Positions 31,896-42,838 of a DNA stretch of 64,000 nucleotides are shown here, piece after piece (positions within the stretch are counted from its first letter, which is position 1; every line of letters starts with the position of its first letter). The translations under genes and the position numbers were made by a program. Source of the DNA: Candidatus Poribacteria bacterium (GTDB taxonomy: Bacteria; Poribacteria; WGA-4E; PCPOR2b). The notes beneath the pieces were generated by a model. That model was not told where the DNA came from. It made no database searches and saw only the letters and a program-made list of their open reading frames with translations. The stretch is from assembly GCA_965218095.1 (NCBI GenBank), contig OZ244587.1, positions 4,512,001-4,576,000 on the forward strand, in the 5' to 3' direction.

Positions 31896-32972
31896 ATGTC
31901 TGATGAAACGAACCCAAATCAATTGCCAACGACCGAAGATAAAGTAGGCACTCTGCTTGACATTGCCACCGATCTTATATCGACGCTAACTCTTCCAGCT
32001 TGGATGATACGAAACGCATCTAAGGCTTTCGGTCAATTGTGTACTGCTGCGGTTGATGTTCCTGTTGCCTATCTTGAAGGGAAAGCCTCTGAAATTCGGG
32101 CAGGAACGGAAGCACGCATTAAAATTAGGGAGGAGACCGCCACCCAAATTGTTCAACAAACGAAGGTTAACCCGGAATATGCGTGGAGAGCAGGGAACAA
32201 ATTCGCGGAAAAAATAATTCGGGAACAGGTCAATCTTGATAAAGTCTCCGTTATCGCTGCAAATGAACTCAAGAAAGAGAAATTTGATAATTCGACACAG
32301 CAGAACGCAGATAGCGGTCAGGAAAAGACGATTAGTGATGATTTTCTTAACAGCTTTGAGGAGGAAGTCAGACAAAAAAGCAGTGAAGAGATGCAACTTC
32401 TTTTCGGTCGCATCTTAGCGGGGGAAATTAGAAAGCCGGGGACATATTCGATACGAACTATAAAAATCCTAGGTCAGTTAGATCAAAATGTTGCAATATT
32501 GTTCAAAAGATTGTGTTCGCTCTGTGTAGTTCATGGAGACCCAGCTGGTAAAGAGATTTTTGATGCAAGAGTTCCCACTCTGGGTGGCAACCCTGGATCC
32601 AATGTACTCCGTAAATACGGCTTGAGTTATGGAAAACTCAATATATTAAACGAGTATGGTCTGATTATTTCAAGCTACGACTCTTGGTATGAGTACAACT
32701 TGTTGACAATAACCGATCAACCCCCTTTCACTTTACCACTTTGGCATCAAGGTCAATATTGGGGTTTATTCGCTTTGCCGGGGTGGAATAAAAGTCAACG
32801 GAAATTTAAGTTGGCAGGTGTTGCGCTTTCCCATGCTGGATGTGAGTTATTCCGCCTAGTCGATCCGGATCCGATGGAGAATTATACTGAAGATCTCAAG
32901 AAATTTCTTGCAGAACAGAACCTACAAATACGCGAAATTAATATTCAAAACGGAAATATAATCCTTCCATAG
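31896..32972 (+). CDS. DUF2806-like protein
   Basis: DDFLNSFEEE..SSEEMQLLFGRILAGEIRKPGTYS. Confidence 0.75.
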   Translation: MSDETNPNQLPTTEDKVGTLLDIATDLISTLTLPAWMIRNASKAFGQLCTAAVDVPVAYLEGKASEIRAGTEARIKIREETATQIVQQTKVNPEYAWRAGNKFAEKIIREQVNLDKVSVIAANELKKEKFDNSTQQNADSGQEKTISDDFLNSFEEEVRQKSSEEMQLLFGRILAGEIRKPGTYSIRTIKILGQLDQNVAILFKRLCSLCVVHGDPAGKEIFDARVPTLGGNPGSNVLRKYGLSYGKLNILNEYGLIISSYDSWYEYNLLTITDQPPFTLPLWHQGQYWGLFALPGWNKSQRKFKLAGVALSHAGCELFRLVDPDPMENYTEDLKKFLAEQNLQIREINIQNGNIILP

Positions 32973-33021
32973 GTACAAGTAGATTGATGAAACAGTGATT
33001 TCAAGGCAATGGATGGGATCA

Positions 33022-34716
33022 ATGAGACATCAGAAAAAAATATTGTGGCATCTAGCTCTGGTTACAATCGTAGGTGTGCTGCTATGCTGCACCATAAGCA
33101 ATGCTCAAACTGTGCCGCAGATTGCCGAAAAAGCGTTAGCAGCTACCGTATCTTTAGAGATGCGAGATAAAAGCGGTGCACTACTCGGACAGGGCAGCGG
33201 CTTTTTCGTCCGGCACAACCTGATTGTTACCAACTATCACGTCATTGAGGGAGCAGCGCACGGCACCGCGAAGTTGGCGGGTAAGAATACCACATACGCG
33301 GTTGAAGGAATTACAGCAACAGATCAGACAAACGACCTCGCACTGCTACAGGTTAAGACGCCTATCATTCTCGTCAAGTTAGCTGGCATCCAACCTCTTC
33401 CACTCGGCGACAGCGATACGGTTCAGGTTGGCGAGACGGTTTATGTCGCAGGTAACCCGCTGGGGTTGGAGGGCACGGTTTCGGACGGGATTATCAGTGG
33501 ACGTAGAGATAAAGGCGTGAAAGAACGCCTCCAGATGACTGCACCCATCTCCCCGGGCAGCAGTGGAGGACCGGTGCTAAACGGCAAGGGTGAAGTGATA
33601 GGAGTGTCAGTCTCAATCTACGGCGGGTTAGCGGCACAAAATCTCAATTTCGCAATTCCTTCAAATACGCTCAAAAGGCTACTTGCACAATCGGGAACGG
33701 CCAAACCCTTTTCGCAAGGGAGCCAATCCATATCCGCCGAGACTTACCTCATTCGAGCCGATGAAAAGATCGGGATGAAGGATTATGAGGGGGCAATTGC
33801 GGACTACACCCAGGCTATCCGCCTCAAACCCGATTATGCATATGCCTACGTCCGTCGGGGAAATGCAAAGGCAAACTTAGGGCAACATTCAGCCGCCATC
33901 GCTGATTATGACACAGCTATCCGCTTCCAGCCTGATGATGCCGTAGTCTACGTTAGTCGGGGATATGCGAAGGCAAGTTTAGGGCAATATTTCGCTGCCA
34001 TTTCCGATTATGATACTGTTATCCGTCTCCAACCCGATGATGCCTATGCCTACGCCAGTCGGGGAAATGTAAAAGCAGACTTAGGGCAACATTCCGCCGC
34101 TATTACCGATTATGACACGGCTATCCGAATCCAACCCGATGATGCCTATGTCTACGTCAGGCGGGGATATGCGAAGTGGCAATTAGGACAACATTTCGCC
34201 GCCATCGCCGATTATGACACGGCTATCCGCCTCAAACCTGATGATGCCTATGCCTACGCCAGTCGGGGAATTGCAAAAGCAGACTTAGGGCAACATTCCG
34301 CCGCCATCGCTGATTATGACACGGCTATCCGAATCCAACCTAATGATGCCTATGCCTACGTCAGGCGGGGAATTGCGAAGGAGCAGGTAGGGCAATATTT
34401 TGCCGCCATCGCCGATTATGACACGGCTATCCGCCTGAAACCCAATGATGCCGGTGTCTACGTCAGTCGGGGAAATGTGAGGACAAACTTAAGGCAATAT
34501 TCAGCCGCCATCGCTGATTATGACACGGCTATCCGTCTCCAACCTAATGATGCCTATGCTTACTACTTTCGGGGAAATGCAAAAATGAGGTTGAAACGCT
34601 TTTGGGAGGCGAAGCAGGATTACAGGACTGCGTTGAAACTGACAAAACAGAATGGCAATGAGAGTCTCAAAACCTCGATTGAGGAAGCACTTCGATTCAT
34701 TGACAGGTGGGAATGA
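33022..34716 (+). CDS. Secreted trypsin-like serine protease with TPR array
   Basis: Signal peptide, TNYHVI, DLAL, PGSSGGP, ~8-9 TPRs; start uncertain. Confidence 0.92.
   Translation: MRHQKKILWHLALVTIVGVLLCCTISNAQTVPQIAEKALAATVSLEMRDKSGALLGQGSGFFVRHNLIVTNYHVIEGAAHGTAKLAGKNTTYAVEGITATDQTNDLALLQVKTPIILVKLAGIQPLPLGDSDTVQVGETVYVAGNPLGLEGTVSDGIISGRRDKGVKERLQMTAPISPGSSGGPVLNGKGEVIGVSVSIYGGLAAQNLNFAIPSNTLKRLLAQSGTAKPFSQGSQSISAETYLIRADEKIGMKDYEGAIADYTQAIRLKPDYAYAYVRRGNAKANLGQHSAAIADYDTAIRFQPDDAVVYVSRGYAKASLGQYFAAISDYDTVIRLQPDDAYAYASRGNVKADLGQHSAAITDYDTAIRIQPDDAYVYVRRGYAKWQLGQHFAAIADYDTAIRLKPDDAYAYASRGIAKADLGQHSAAIADYDTAIRIQPNDAYAYVRRGIAKEQVGQYFAAIADYDTAIRLKPNDAGVYVSRGNVRTNLRQYSAAIADYDTAIRLQPNDAYAYYFRGNAKMRLKRFWEAKQDYRTALKLTKQNGNESLKTSIEEALRFIDRWE
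33780..34620 (+). repeat. 102-bp coding tandem repeats (TPR)
   Basis: Recurring gccatcgctgattatgacacggctatccg every 102 nt. Confidence 0.9.
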
Positions 34717-34970
34717 ATTCCCTTTGAATGTCCAAAGTAAATAGCCGGGTTGGTATCTACACAACCCACAATGCCATAAGAATCGACCAATCCTTGAGTT
34801 TGTAGTCGGGCGATTCAGCATCCATCCAAACGTCCAATAAATTGTGCTGCTACAAACGGAAGTATTTCGTCAAGATGTGAATCTCGACCTACGTAGTACG
34901 TTTTTTCTACTTAATTCGTTTAGTCGGTGATTCAGACAATAATGATTTCCCCCTCCACTTATGCCCTTAG

Positions 34971-37900
34971 TTATGTCACCTGCTCCACACCAATTGTTGC
35001 ATCTTCTCCATTGACCTTCTGTGATTTCAGAAAAGCGTTTGGGCTTGACAACCCAACGACATGCAGCGTCAAGGTTTCGTGTGTGATGTAGTCACGGTAG
35101 CGGTCAAACGCTTCGTGAACGATTGGCGTCGATTCCAAACTGAGCGAGATCCGGTCAGAAACATTGAAATCGGCTTCCTTCCGAATCTGCTGAATCTTGT
35201 TGACCAACTCCCGCGCAAAGCCCTCAAGGATGAGTTCGTGTGTCAATTCCGTCGAGAGGGCAACAAATTTGTAGGCGTCTGCTTCGACGGCGTAACCCTC
35301 CCGGTTCTCCGATTGCACATCAACCTCTGCTCTGTCTAGCCTATAACTGATGCTGTCCGCCTGAATCTGTAACTCACCGTTTCCATCGAGCTCCTGCTTG
35401 AGGGTGAGTGCATCCGCCGCTGCAACGGCTTTCGCAATTGCTTGGACGTTCCTTCCGTATTTCGGGCCCAGCAGCTTGAAATTCGGCTTGATTGTGTAGG
35501 TCGCAAACTCATCGATCCCCTCGTGAAAAGAGATCTCTTTGACGTTCAGTTCGTCCAAGACAAGCGCGGACAGATGATTCACAGCAGCCTGTTGTTTTTC
35601 AGATAGCCCACCGATCGCGATGCATCCAAGAGGTTGCCGTGTCTTGAATCCTGATCGATTCCGAGCAGCACGTCCCAAACCGATTAGGTCACGGGCAAGC
35701 CTCATATCATCTTCCAGTGATATATCAACGAGTGCCTCCTCCACAGCCGGGTAATCGGAGAGGTGGATGCTTTCAGGGGCAGCCGGATCAGCCGAACACA
35801 CCAAGTTTTGGAAGATTGACTCTGTAACGAAGGGAACAAACGGCGCCAGCAGCCGGCTGATCGTCACCATGACTTGATACAGTGTCCGATAGGCGGCGTC
35901 CTTATCTGCGTCGGCTTCCGACTTCCAGAAACGACGCCGGCTTCGACGCAGATACCAGTTCGACAAATCATCCAGAAAATCCTCAACGACGCGGCAGGCA
36001 CCATCCGGTGAAAATTCGTCCAGACGCTCCGTTACCGAGCGGACTGTGCTTTGCAGACGGGATAGAATCCAACGGTCAAGGAAATTTTCAGACCTTTGCG
36101 GTTTGTCTTTCCAGAGGTTCGCATCTGGTTTCCAGCCATCAACGTTGGCATAAGTAACCAGAAAACTGTACACATTCCAGAACGGAATGAGAACTTGGCG
36201 GCGGACCTCATCGGAGTGCTTGTAGCCGAAGAGCAGATTCTGCTCCGGCTTGGCGGCGCAGTACATCCAACGCATCACGTCCACGCCCATCGTCTCGGCG
36301 GCGTCATCAAACCAGATAGCGTTGCCCCAAGATTTGTGCATTGCGCGTCCGTCTTCCGCAAACAGCGTCGCATAACTGAAATTGTGCTTAAACGGGGCGC
36401 GCTGTTCCATCACCGTACTCATTGCAATAAGCGAATAGAACCAGTTCCGAAATTGTCCCGGAAAACTCTCGCTGATCAGATCGGCGGGAAACCATTGACT
36501 CCAATAATCACGGTCGGTGCGGTACTGCATCGTGCTGAAACTGACAATGCCGGCGTCTAGCCAAGGATTCCCAACGTCTGGGATACGGGAAACAGAAGCA
36601 CCGCAACTTGGGCAGGCGATCTTCACCGCATCAATCCAAGGGCGGTGGGGTGTATGCCCCTCAAATTCATCCCAGCCTTCAACAGCGAGTTCCTTCAGCT
36701 CCTCCAAACTCCCAACGAGGTGAAAATGGTCGCATTCATCACATTCGTAGATGGGGAGTGCCAACCCCCAGTAACGTTTCTTAGAGATCATCCAATCGTG
36801 CATATTGCGCAGCCAGTCGAGCTCGCGGGCGAGTCCGAAAGTAGGATACCACTGGGTTTCATTGAGGACAACCTCCATCATCTGGTAGCGTAGATTCTGT
36901 TCCTTCTCTTCTTCAGTCACCTTCTCATAAGGTTTATCCAGTTGCTCGCCCATTGAGATGAACCATTCGTCCACAAGACGGAAGACCAGTTCATCTTCGC
37001 AACGCCAACACACCGGGTAGCGGTGGGTGTAGTCTTCGAGGCGATAGACAACCCCTTTCTGCTTCAGGTTTTCAAAGATGTCCTCCGCGACGGTGTGGAC
37101 CTGGCGACCTGTCAGCCAGTCAAATCCATTGAGATAGATTCCCTCTGCTCCCAGTGGCGCGATGACAGGGAGGGCTTGTTCTTTACTCAATTCAAAGTCC
37201 TCTGCACCGCACCCCGGTGCGGTGTGGACGACCCCCGTACCTTCCGCTTCACCGACTTCATCCCACAGGATGACACGGTGCTGTCCGGCTGCTCCGGATG
37301 TGTGTTGGGCTGGTAGTTCATCGAAGGGACCATCATAAGTCCAGCCTTCCAATTCGTCGCCCAATTTCTCCGCAAGAATCTGATAATCCCCCCGAATGGC
37401 GTTCTCTAAGGCCCCTTTGCTCAACCAGACGCGATGCTCGCCTTGTTCAACCAAAACGTAGGTCAACTCTGGATGTACCGCCGCTGCAACATTGCTGGTC
37501 AACGTCCACGGCGTTGTCGTCCAGACCAGCAGGCTCTCGCCGGGGCGGTTACGTAGCGGGAAGCGGAGAAAGATGCTGGTATGCGTCAATTCTCGGTATC
37601 CGTCGGTGACAATCTCGTGCTGGCTGATGCCGGTATCGCACCGCGAACACCACGGCATTACGTCGGTGCCTTTGTAGATCCAGCCACGGTCGAAACATTT
37701 CTTCAGCATCGCCCAGATGGTGTAATTGTTTTCATTTGAAAAGGTGAAGTAAGAACCCCCTAACTCCGGCAATCCGAGTCTCCCCACGAGTTGTTCAACC
37801 GTGTTCGTGACGGGACCATTCGGTCCCTCCACAGTGAGCATCTGTGAGGGGTCTTGTGCCATTTTCGTTTCCAGTTCGCGTAATAAATCCGGATCGTTCC

Positions 37901-38330
37901 AGTCCATCCAGTAGCCGAGCCGCATTGATTGCTCCGTCTGCGTTGCTGCATGCCGGAGCACCTGCCGCTTGCAGGCGTTGACAAATTCATCCAGTCCATA
38001 GGCTTCAATGTCCTTTTTGGTCTTAAAACCCATGTCGCGCTCGACATTGACCTCAATCCAGAGTCCTTGGCAATCAAACCCGTTTTGGTATCGCATCTGA
38101 TAGCCTTGCATGGCCTTGAATCGATGAAAGAGATCTTTATAAGTCCGCCCCCATGCGTGATGGACACCCATCGGGTTATTGGCGGTGATTGGACCGTCGA
38201 CGAAACTCCAGCATGGTGCATCCTGCCGCAGTTCCTTGAGTTTGTGAAAAACGTTGCTGTTGCGCCAGAAGTCTAAGACCTGATGCTCTTGGGCGACGAA
38301 ATCGACTGTATTGGGTACATCTTCGAACAT
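34971..38330 (-). CDS. ileS: Isoleucine--tRNA ligase, type 2
   Basis: DGPITANNPMGVHH, GFDCQGL, WTTTPWTL, GTGVVH, AMHKSWGN. Confidence 0.95.
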   Translation of the reverse strand: MFEDVPNTVDFVAQEHQVLDFWRNSNVFHKLKELRQDAPCWSFVDGPITANNPMGVHHAWGRTYKDLFHRFKAMQGYQMRYQNGFDCQGLWIEVNVERDMGFKTKKDIEAYGLDEFVNACKRQVLRHAATQTEQSMRLGYWMDWNDPDLLRELETKMAQDPSQMLTVEGPNGPVTNTVEQLVGRLGLPELGGSYFTFSNENNYTIWAMLKKCFDRGWIYKGTDVMPWCSRCDTGISQHEIVTDGYRELTHTSIFLRFPLRNRPGESLLVWTTTPWTLTSNVAAAVHPELTYVLVEQGEHRVWLSKGALENAIRGDYQILAEKLGDELEGWTYDGPFDELPAQHTSGAAGQHRVILWDEVGEAEGTGVVHTAPGCGAEDFELSKEQALPVIAPLGAEGIYLNGFDWLTGRQVHTVAEDIFENLKQKGVVYRLEDYTHRYPVCWRCEDELVFRLVDEWFISMGEQLDKPYEKVTEEEKEQNLRYQMMEVVLNETQWYPTFGLARELDWLRNMHDWMISKKRYWGLALPIYECDECDHFHLVGSLEELKELAVEGWDEFEGHTPHRPWIDAVKIACPSCGASVSRIPDVGNPWLDAGIVSFSTMQYRTDRDYWSQWFPADLISESFPGQFRNWFYSLIAMSTVMEQRAPFKHNFSYATLFAEDGRAMHKSWGNAIWFDDAAETMGVDVMRWMYCAAKPEQNLLFGYKHSDEVRRQVLIPFWNVYSFLVTYANVDGWKPDANLWKDKPQRSENFLDRWILSRLQSTVRSVTERLDEFSPDGACRVVEDFLDDLSNWYLRRSRRRFWKSEADADKDAAYRTLYQVMVTISRLLAPFVPFVTESIFQNLVCSADPAAPESIHLSDYPAVEEALVDISLEDDMRLARDLIGLGRAARNRSGFKTRQPLGCIAIGGLSEKQQAAVNHLSALVLDELNVKEISFHEGIDEFATYTIKPNFKLLGPKYGRNVQAIAKAVAAADALTLKQELDGNGELQIQADSISYRLDRAEVDVQSENREGYAVEADAYKFVALSTELTHELILEGFARELVNKIQQIRKEADFNVSDRISLSLESTPIVHEAFDRYRDYITHETLTLHVVGLSSPNAFLKSQKVNGEDATIGVEQVT

Positions 38331-38394
38331 GCTTTTCTCCTATGCGTGAAACGTGAATGAACTAATGAGCTTATGAACCAATGAACTTCCTTGC

Positions 38395-38437
38395 AAACAA
38401 AAACGCCCACCACCGAAATCGTTTCGATGATGGGCGT
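38395..38437 (-). terminator. Attenuator terminator upstream of ileS
   Basis: 16-bp stem acgcccatcatcgaaa / tttcggtggtgggcgt followed by ttttgttt. Confidence 0.85.
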
Positions 38438-38468
38438 GTGTATCTTTATGATGGCTATGGAATCGAGG

Positions 38469-38588
38469 TTACATTCTTTTCATCAGCCCACCATCGCAAG
38501 ACCGGGTGATAATAATCCCGATCGAAGGGCGTATGCTTCGAGTATCAGTCTTGTTGATTGAGATGGTGGTTGATGATAAATATGACAC
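38469..38588 (-). CDS. Putative Ile-rich ileS leader peptide (39 aa)
   Basis: GGAG SD, GTG start, 7 Ile codons including IGIII. Confidence 0.7.
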   Translation of the reverse strand: MSYLSSTTISINKTDTRSIRPSIGIIITRSCDGGLMKRM

Positions 38589-38628
38589 GATATCAATCTC
38601 CGTTTTGCTTTTAATGATACAAGATAGT

Positions 38629-38657
38629 ATGGTAACAAACGTTTGGAGGGATGTCAA
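38629..38657 (-). promoter_or_regulatory. Sigma70-like promoter of ileS leader
   Basis: TTGACA-17-TACCAT. Confidence 0.65.
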
Positions 38658-38805
38658 GATTTTTTTCGATTCAGCTACAGTTCATCAACTCCATGTCGTC
38701 TCCACTGGTAAAGATTTCTGTTGCAGAAAGATAGTTATTAACGTATAATAGCCGCGCAATAAACGCTTTTCTCCGCAATACAAACCATACTTGGAGGGAC
38801 GCCCT

Positions 38806-39387
38806 ATGTATATTCAGGATTTACTCACCTGGGACCAATTCAATGATGAAAATTCGCAGTATGCATCAGGTTGACCCTTCGCTGGATCTCCGGGATGGGG
38901 TGGATAGGACGGATTTTTTTGAAGCCGCAAAGGCGAAGGTGGAGTCCCATGGGATAGCGTTGCACAGCGTTTTTAGGCAGGTTGGGATGAAATTGCGCTG
39001 GGACTGCCAGATCGAGATGAGAAGATCGAGGCGTGGTGTACGATGCTCCGAAGCATCAGTGCGGCGGGCATCCCGGACCTGGGATACAATTTCAAACCGA
39101 TGGGGAATTTCCGCACAACGTCGACGAAAGGCAGAGGGGGCGCGACGTACAGTACGTTTGATTACGATGAATTCTCCCGGAACCGGCCCACACCACATGG
39201 CCCACCGGCCTCCGAGGGGGAGATGTGGGAACATATCACGTACTTCATCGAAAGGGTGATTCCGGTGGCTGAAGAAGTCGGGGTACGGATGGCGCTGCAT
39301 CCGGACGATCCGCCGATTCCCGATCCGCTTGCAGGTGTGGCACAAAAGCCCCTTCGGATCGACCAAGCTTCATTCCGTTCCCTATGA
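38806..39387 (+). pseudogene. Mannonate dehydratase (UxuA-like) remnant
   Basis: [20 protein letters not shown]; frameshifted and truncated. Confidence 0.8.
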
Positions 39388-39438
39388 CATACCTGTTCAT
39401 AAGCACAAATCCTTCTCTCCGACAAATCATATCTGGAG

Positions 39439-40689
39439 ATGTCTATGAATTTTGCCAAAAAAGTCCAGGAGATTGAATCCCTTCTGGAGCAGCACAGAAC
39501 CTTTCGAGGAAACTGTTTGAACCTCATCGCGTCCGAAAACGTACCGAGCCCATTGGTGGAGCAATTGCTCGTCGAAGATCTGGATCAACGTTACGGGAAC
39601 TACGTCGGTATCGATCTGCACGAGCGGCTTTACCAGGGGAATCGGTTCATCGTGCAGATCGAGGAATTGGCGCACGAGTTGGCGAAGCAACTCTTTGGCG
39701 CGGCGTTTGTCGACCTCCGTCCGCTCTCCGGCAACATCGCGGGCATCGCCGCCACCTTTGCGCTGGCGAGCCCCGGCGATACTGCGCTGGAGGTTCATAA
39801 TGGGCATCAATATGCTCGCAAATTGGCGTCCTCTCCCTTAAAAGTTAAACTTCAATCCATCCCCATCCCTTGGGATGGCATCCGGTCCAACATCGATCTC
39901 GATCAGACGGTTGAGCTTATTCAACAGCATCGTCCCAAGCTTGTCACGATTGGATCGGGGGCGTTTCTCTTTCCGCAACCGGTGCGCGAACTCAAGGAAG
40001 CGATGAACCGATACACTCCCGATTCATACCTATTCTATGACGCTGCCCATGTTATGGGGCTGATTGCCGGCGGACGGTTTCAGTCTCCGCTGGAGGAAGG
40101 GGCGGATGTCGTCATTTCGAGCACGCATAAGACCCTTGCTGGACCGCAGGGCGGTATGATTTTGACCAACGACAGATTGCTTGCGGAACGAATCGGACCG
40201 GCGGTCGCCCCGCTGCTTGAGAGCAATCATCACCTCGGTCGATTGCCTGCGTTGGCAGGAACATTTCTGGAGTGGATGGCTTGCGGCAGAGAACATGCGG
40301 GGACAATTATCAGCAACGCGAAGGCGTTGGGCGGGGCGCTGCATGAGCGGGGGATTCAACTTGTCGGGGAGAAATTTGGATTCACGGAATCGCATACACT
40401 GATACCGATTGTTGACGCATTCGGTGAGGGGAAGACGTTGGCCGACCAACTTGAGGCGTGCAATATCATCGTCGGCGCGGCGAGTGTCCCCCCAGGATTG
40501 GGGACGCACGGCTTGCGGCTTGGGGTGCAGGAAGTGACCCGACGCGGCATGACAGCAGCGGATGCGCCGGAGGTTGCAGATTGCATCGTCGATGCGTTAA
40601 GAGGGGATGACCTCGAAGGTGTTAAAGGTCGGGTGGGTGCGTTGGCGGGGCGATTTAACCAGACGCGGTTTACGCTGAACGCTATCTGA
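39439..40689 (+). CDS. Divergent serine hydroxymethyltransferase-family PLP enzyme
   Basis: LNLIASEN, YDAAHVMGLIAGG, SSTHKTLAGPQGG, GLRLG. Confidence 0.85.
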   Translation: MSMNFAKKVQEIESLLEQHRTFRGNCLNLIASENVPSPLVEQLLVEDLDQRYGNYVGIDLHERLYQGNRFIVQIEELAHELAKQLFGAAFVDLRPLSGNIAGIAATFALASPGDTALEVHNGHQYARKLASSPLKVKLQSIPIPWDGIRSNIDLDQTVELIQQHRPKLVTIGSGAFLFPQPVRELKEAMNRYTPDSYLFYDAAHVMGLIAGGRFQSPLEEGADVVISSTHKTLAGPQGGMILTNDRLLAERIGPAVAPLLESNHHLGRLPALAGTFLEWMACGREHAGTIISNAKALGGALHERGIQLVGEKFGFTESHTLIPIVDAFGEGKTLADQLEACNIIVGAASVPPGLGTHGLRLGVQEVTRRGMTAADAPEVADCIVDALRGDDLEGVKGRVGALAGRFNQTRFTLNAI

Positions 40690-41082
40690 TACGATTTCTT
40701 CAAGGCATTCTCAAAGAGATCATCCGTCGACTTTGGGCTGGTTTTTTCTTCGGTCTTTTGAGCGTCACAATATATCCATAAGCGTCAAAAATAATGGGCT
40801 ATGACCAAAATCACTGGATTTGACGGTAACCGAAAATTGCGTCAATACTGAATTTTGGTGTTTGCTATTGATTGGCTATCCGTACACACGATTTCGCACG
40901 CTAATTTGACTCCAAGAAACCTGCACAAACACTGGCTTGAATTTTCCGCAGATGCCCGAAGATCGCTAAACACGATCAATAATTGATCGCACAGCCCATC
41001 TAAAAATCTCTGAAACCCGCTTAGAATCTACATCCTGAAATTCAGAGTGTTGTTTTTTTCGCATTTTCTACTACAGATTCTA

Positions 41083-41902
41083 GGTTCTGTTGACATTTGA
41101 GTATAAGGTTGTGGCATAATAGAAGAATGACGCCAATAACTTTACCTGATGAACAATGGAATAAGATATACCGGTTTCTTCTTAGCTGTCCCACCATCTA
41201 TGTTGGCGACGAAGCTGCTACACGCCGCTTCGTCGAAGCAGTTCTGTGGGTAACTCGTAGTGGGGCTCAATGGAGACTTCTACCAGACACCTATGGCAAA
41301 TGGAACACCCGCTACAAGCGGTTTGCTCGATGGTGCGACAAAGGTATCTTCACACAGATGCACCCCCACTTCGCCTCTGACCCCGATATCGAGTCGCTTA
41401 TTGTGGACAGTACCATCTGCCGCGCTCACCCGTGTGCGGCGGGCACCTTAAAAAAAAGGGTGGCACTGAAAACCAAGCATTAGGTCGGTATCGGGGCGGT
41501 TTCAGTACAAAAATTCACATCACAGTTGACGGACTAGGCAATCCCCTAAGAATTCATCTGACCCCCGGTCAGAGACATGACATAGCTGAGGCGGAAGGGT
41601 TGATAATCGGATATAACAGTGAATATGTGATTGGAGACAAGGGATACGATTCGGACGCTTTTATCGCGGTTATTGAGGCGAATGGAGCAATTGCGGTGAT
41701 ACCGCCCAAAAGTCATCGTGTTGACCAAAGAACGTATGACAAACGCTTATACAAAGAGAGACATCGGGTTGAATGTTTCATCAACAAGATAAAATGGTAT
41801 CGTCGTATCTTCTCTCGGTTTGAGAAGCTAGCTGTCCGTTATTTTGGATTTCTCAGCTTTGTCGCCACTCTTATATGGCTCCGTTGAAATGTCAACAGAA
41901 CC
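41083..41902 (+). mobile_element. IS5-family element copy 2 (820 bp), two ORFs joined by -1 frameshift
   Basis: Same TIRs; ORFs 41097-41483 and 41432-41887 overlap at an A8 run. Confidence 0.93.
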
Positions 41903-41947
41903 TAGTTGCTTTGAATCCCGATTTCCTATCGGGGCTGGTTCATCTGC

Positions 41948-42838
41948 TTAGGCGGTTACGGGGTAACGGGCTGGCAGCGTCGCTTTAACCTCAGAATTTA
42001 TCTGACAGTGCACCACATCACTTACTATGCGCACCATCGATTTCTCAGCGGAAGGACAGGGGGTAGTTGTCCGGGCAAGCCGAAAGCCGATAAAAGAGGT
42101 TTTGAGGCTAGGATAGAACTGAAGTCGAGAAGTGACAGCGCACCGATTGATGTCGTTTGTCCAAGCGCCGCCGCGGATAGTACGCCAGCTTCCCGTATCT
42201 GGTCCCTTGGGATTCCGTTTGGGATTGTAGGTGTAATAGGCGTCGCTATACCAATCCGCTGTCCATTCCCAGACGTTACCCCCCATGTCCATTGCACCGT
42301 AGTAACTCTTCCCATTGGGATAGCTTCCGACAGGCGCGATGCCGTTGTCATATCCATCTCCGCCGTTCCATGTGTTGGCGTAAGGGCGCAATGAATTGCC
42401 CCATGGCCAGAGTCGATCGGTGGGACCGCGGGCCGCCTTCTCTCATTCTGTTTCTGTTGGTAAACGCATGCCCGCCCATTCGGCATAAGCGAGGGCATCC
42501 TGCCAGGAAACCCCAACAACTGGATGACGTGGGAACTTTAACGCACGTTCAGGCCACGTCCCAATATCGTATTCGCTCGCAAAGTTCTCAGGCGTGTGTT
42601 TGCCAGTCGCCTGCCAGAACTGGTAGTACGCTTCGTTCGTCACTTCATATTTGCCGATATAGTAGGCATCAAGGTACACCTTGTGGGCGGGTTGTGCATC
42701 GAGACCACCCTTTTCACTTCCCATCGTAAATTCGCCGGCAGGGATGCGTATCATCTCCTCTTCAGCGGCGAAGGCGCACATTACCACGACGAGGGTAATT
42801 CCCAGACTCAGCAGGACATGTTTTGCGCTTCTCATCAT
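41948..42838 (-). pseudogene. FGE-sulfatase (SUMF1) domain protein with in-frame TGA
   Basis: RLPTETE*EKAARG (canonical W), DMGGNVWEW, GFR; both ORFs share one frame. Confidence 0.85.

Noticed and set aside
33780-34620. Regular repeats suggesting CRISPR or a DGR template
   Set aside because: 102-nt period inside an ORF equals TPR units; no unique spacers, cas genes or RT
38340-38660. T-box riboswitch upstream of ileS
   Set aside because: No GGTGGNACCGCG T-box motif on the sense strand; the leader-peptide model fits better
40690-41080. Non-coding stretch, possibly IS debris
   Set aside because: No TIR pair or transposase motif could be identified by eye
42443-42445. TGA at a conserved Trp suggesting genetic code 4
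   Set aside because: Many intact genes end in TGA (e.g. 18978, 31616, 34716) and long core ORFs have no internal TGA
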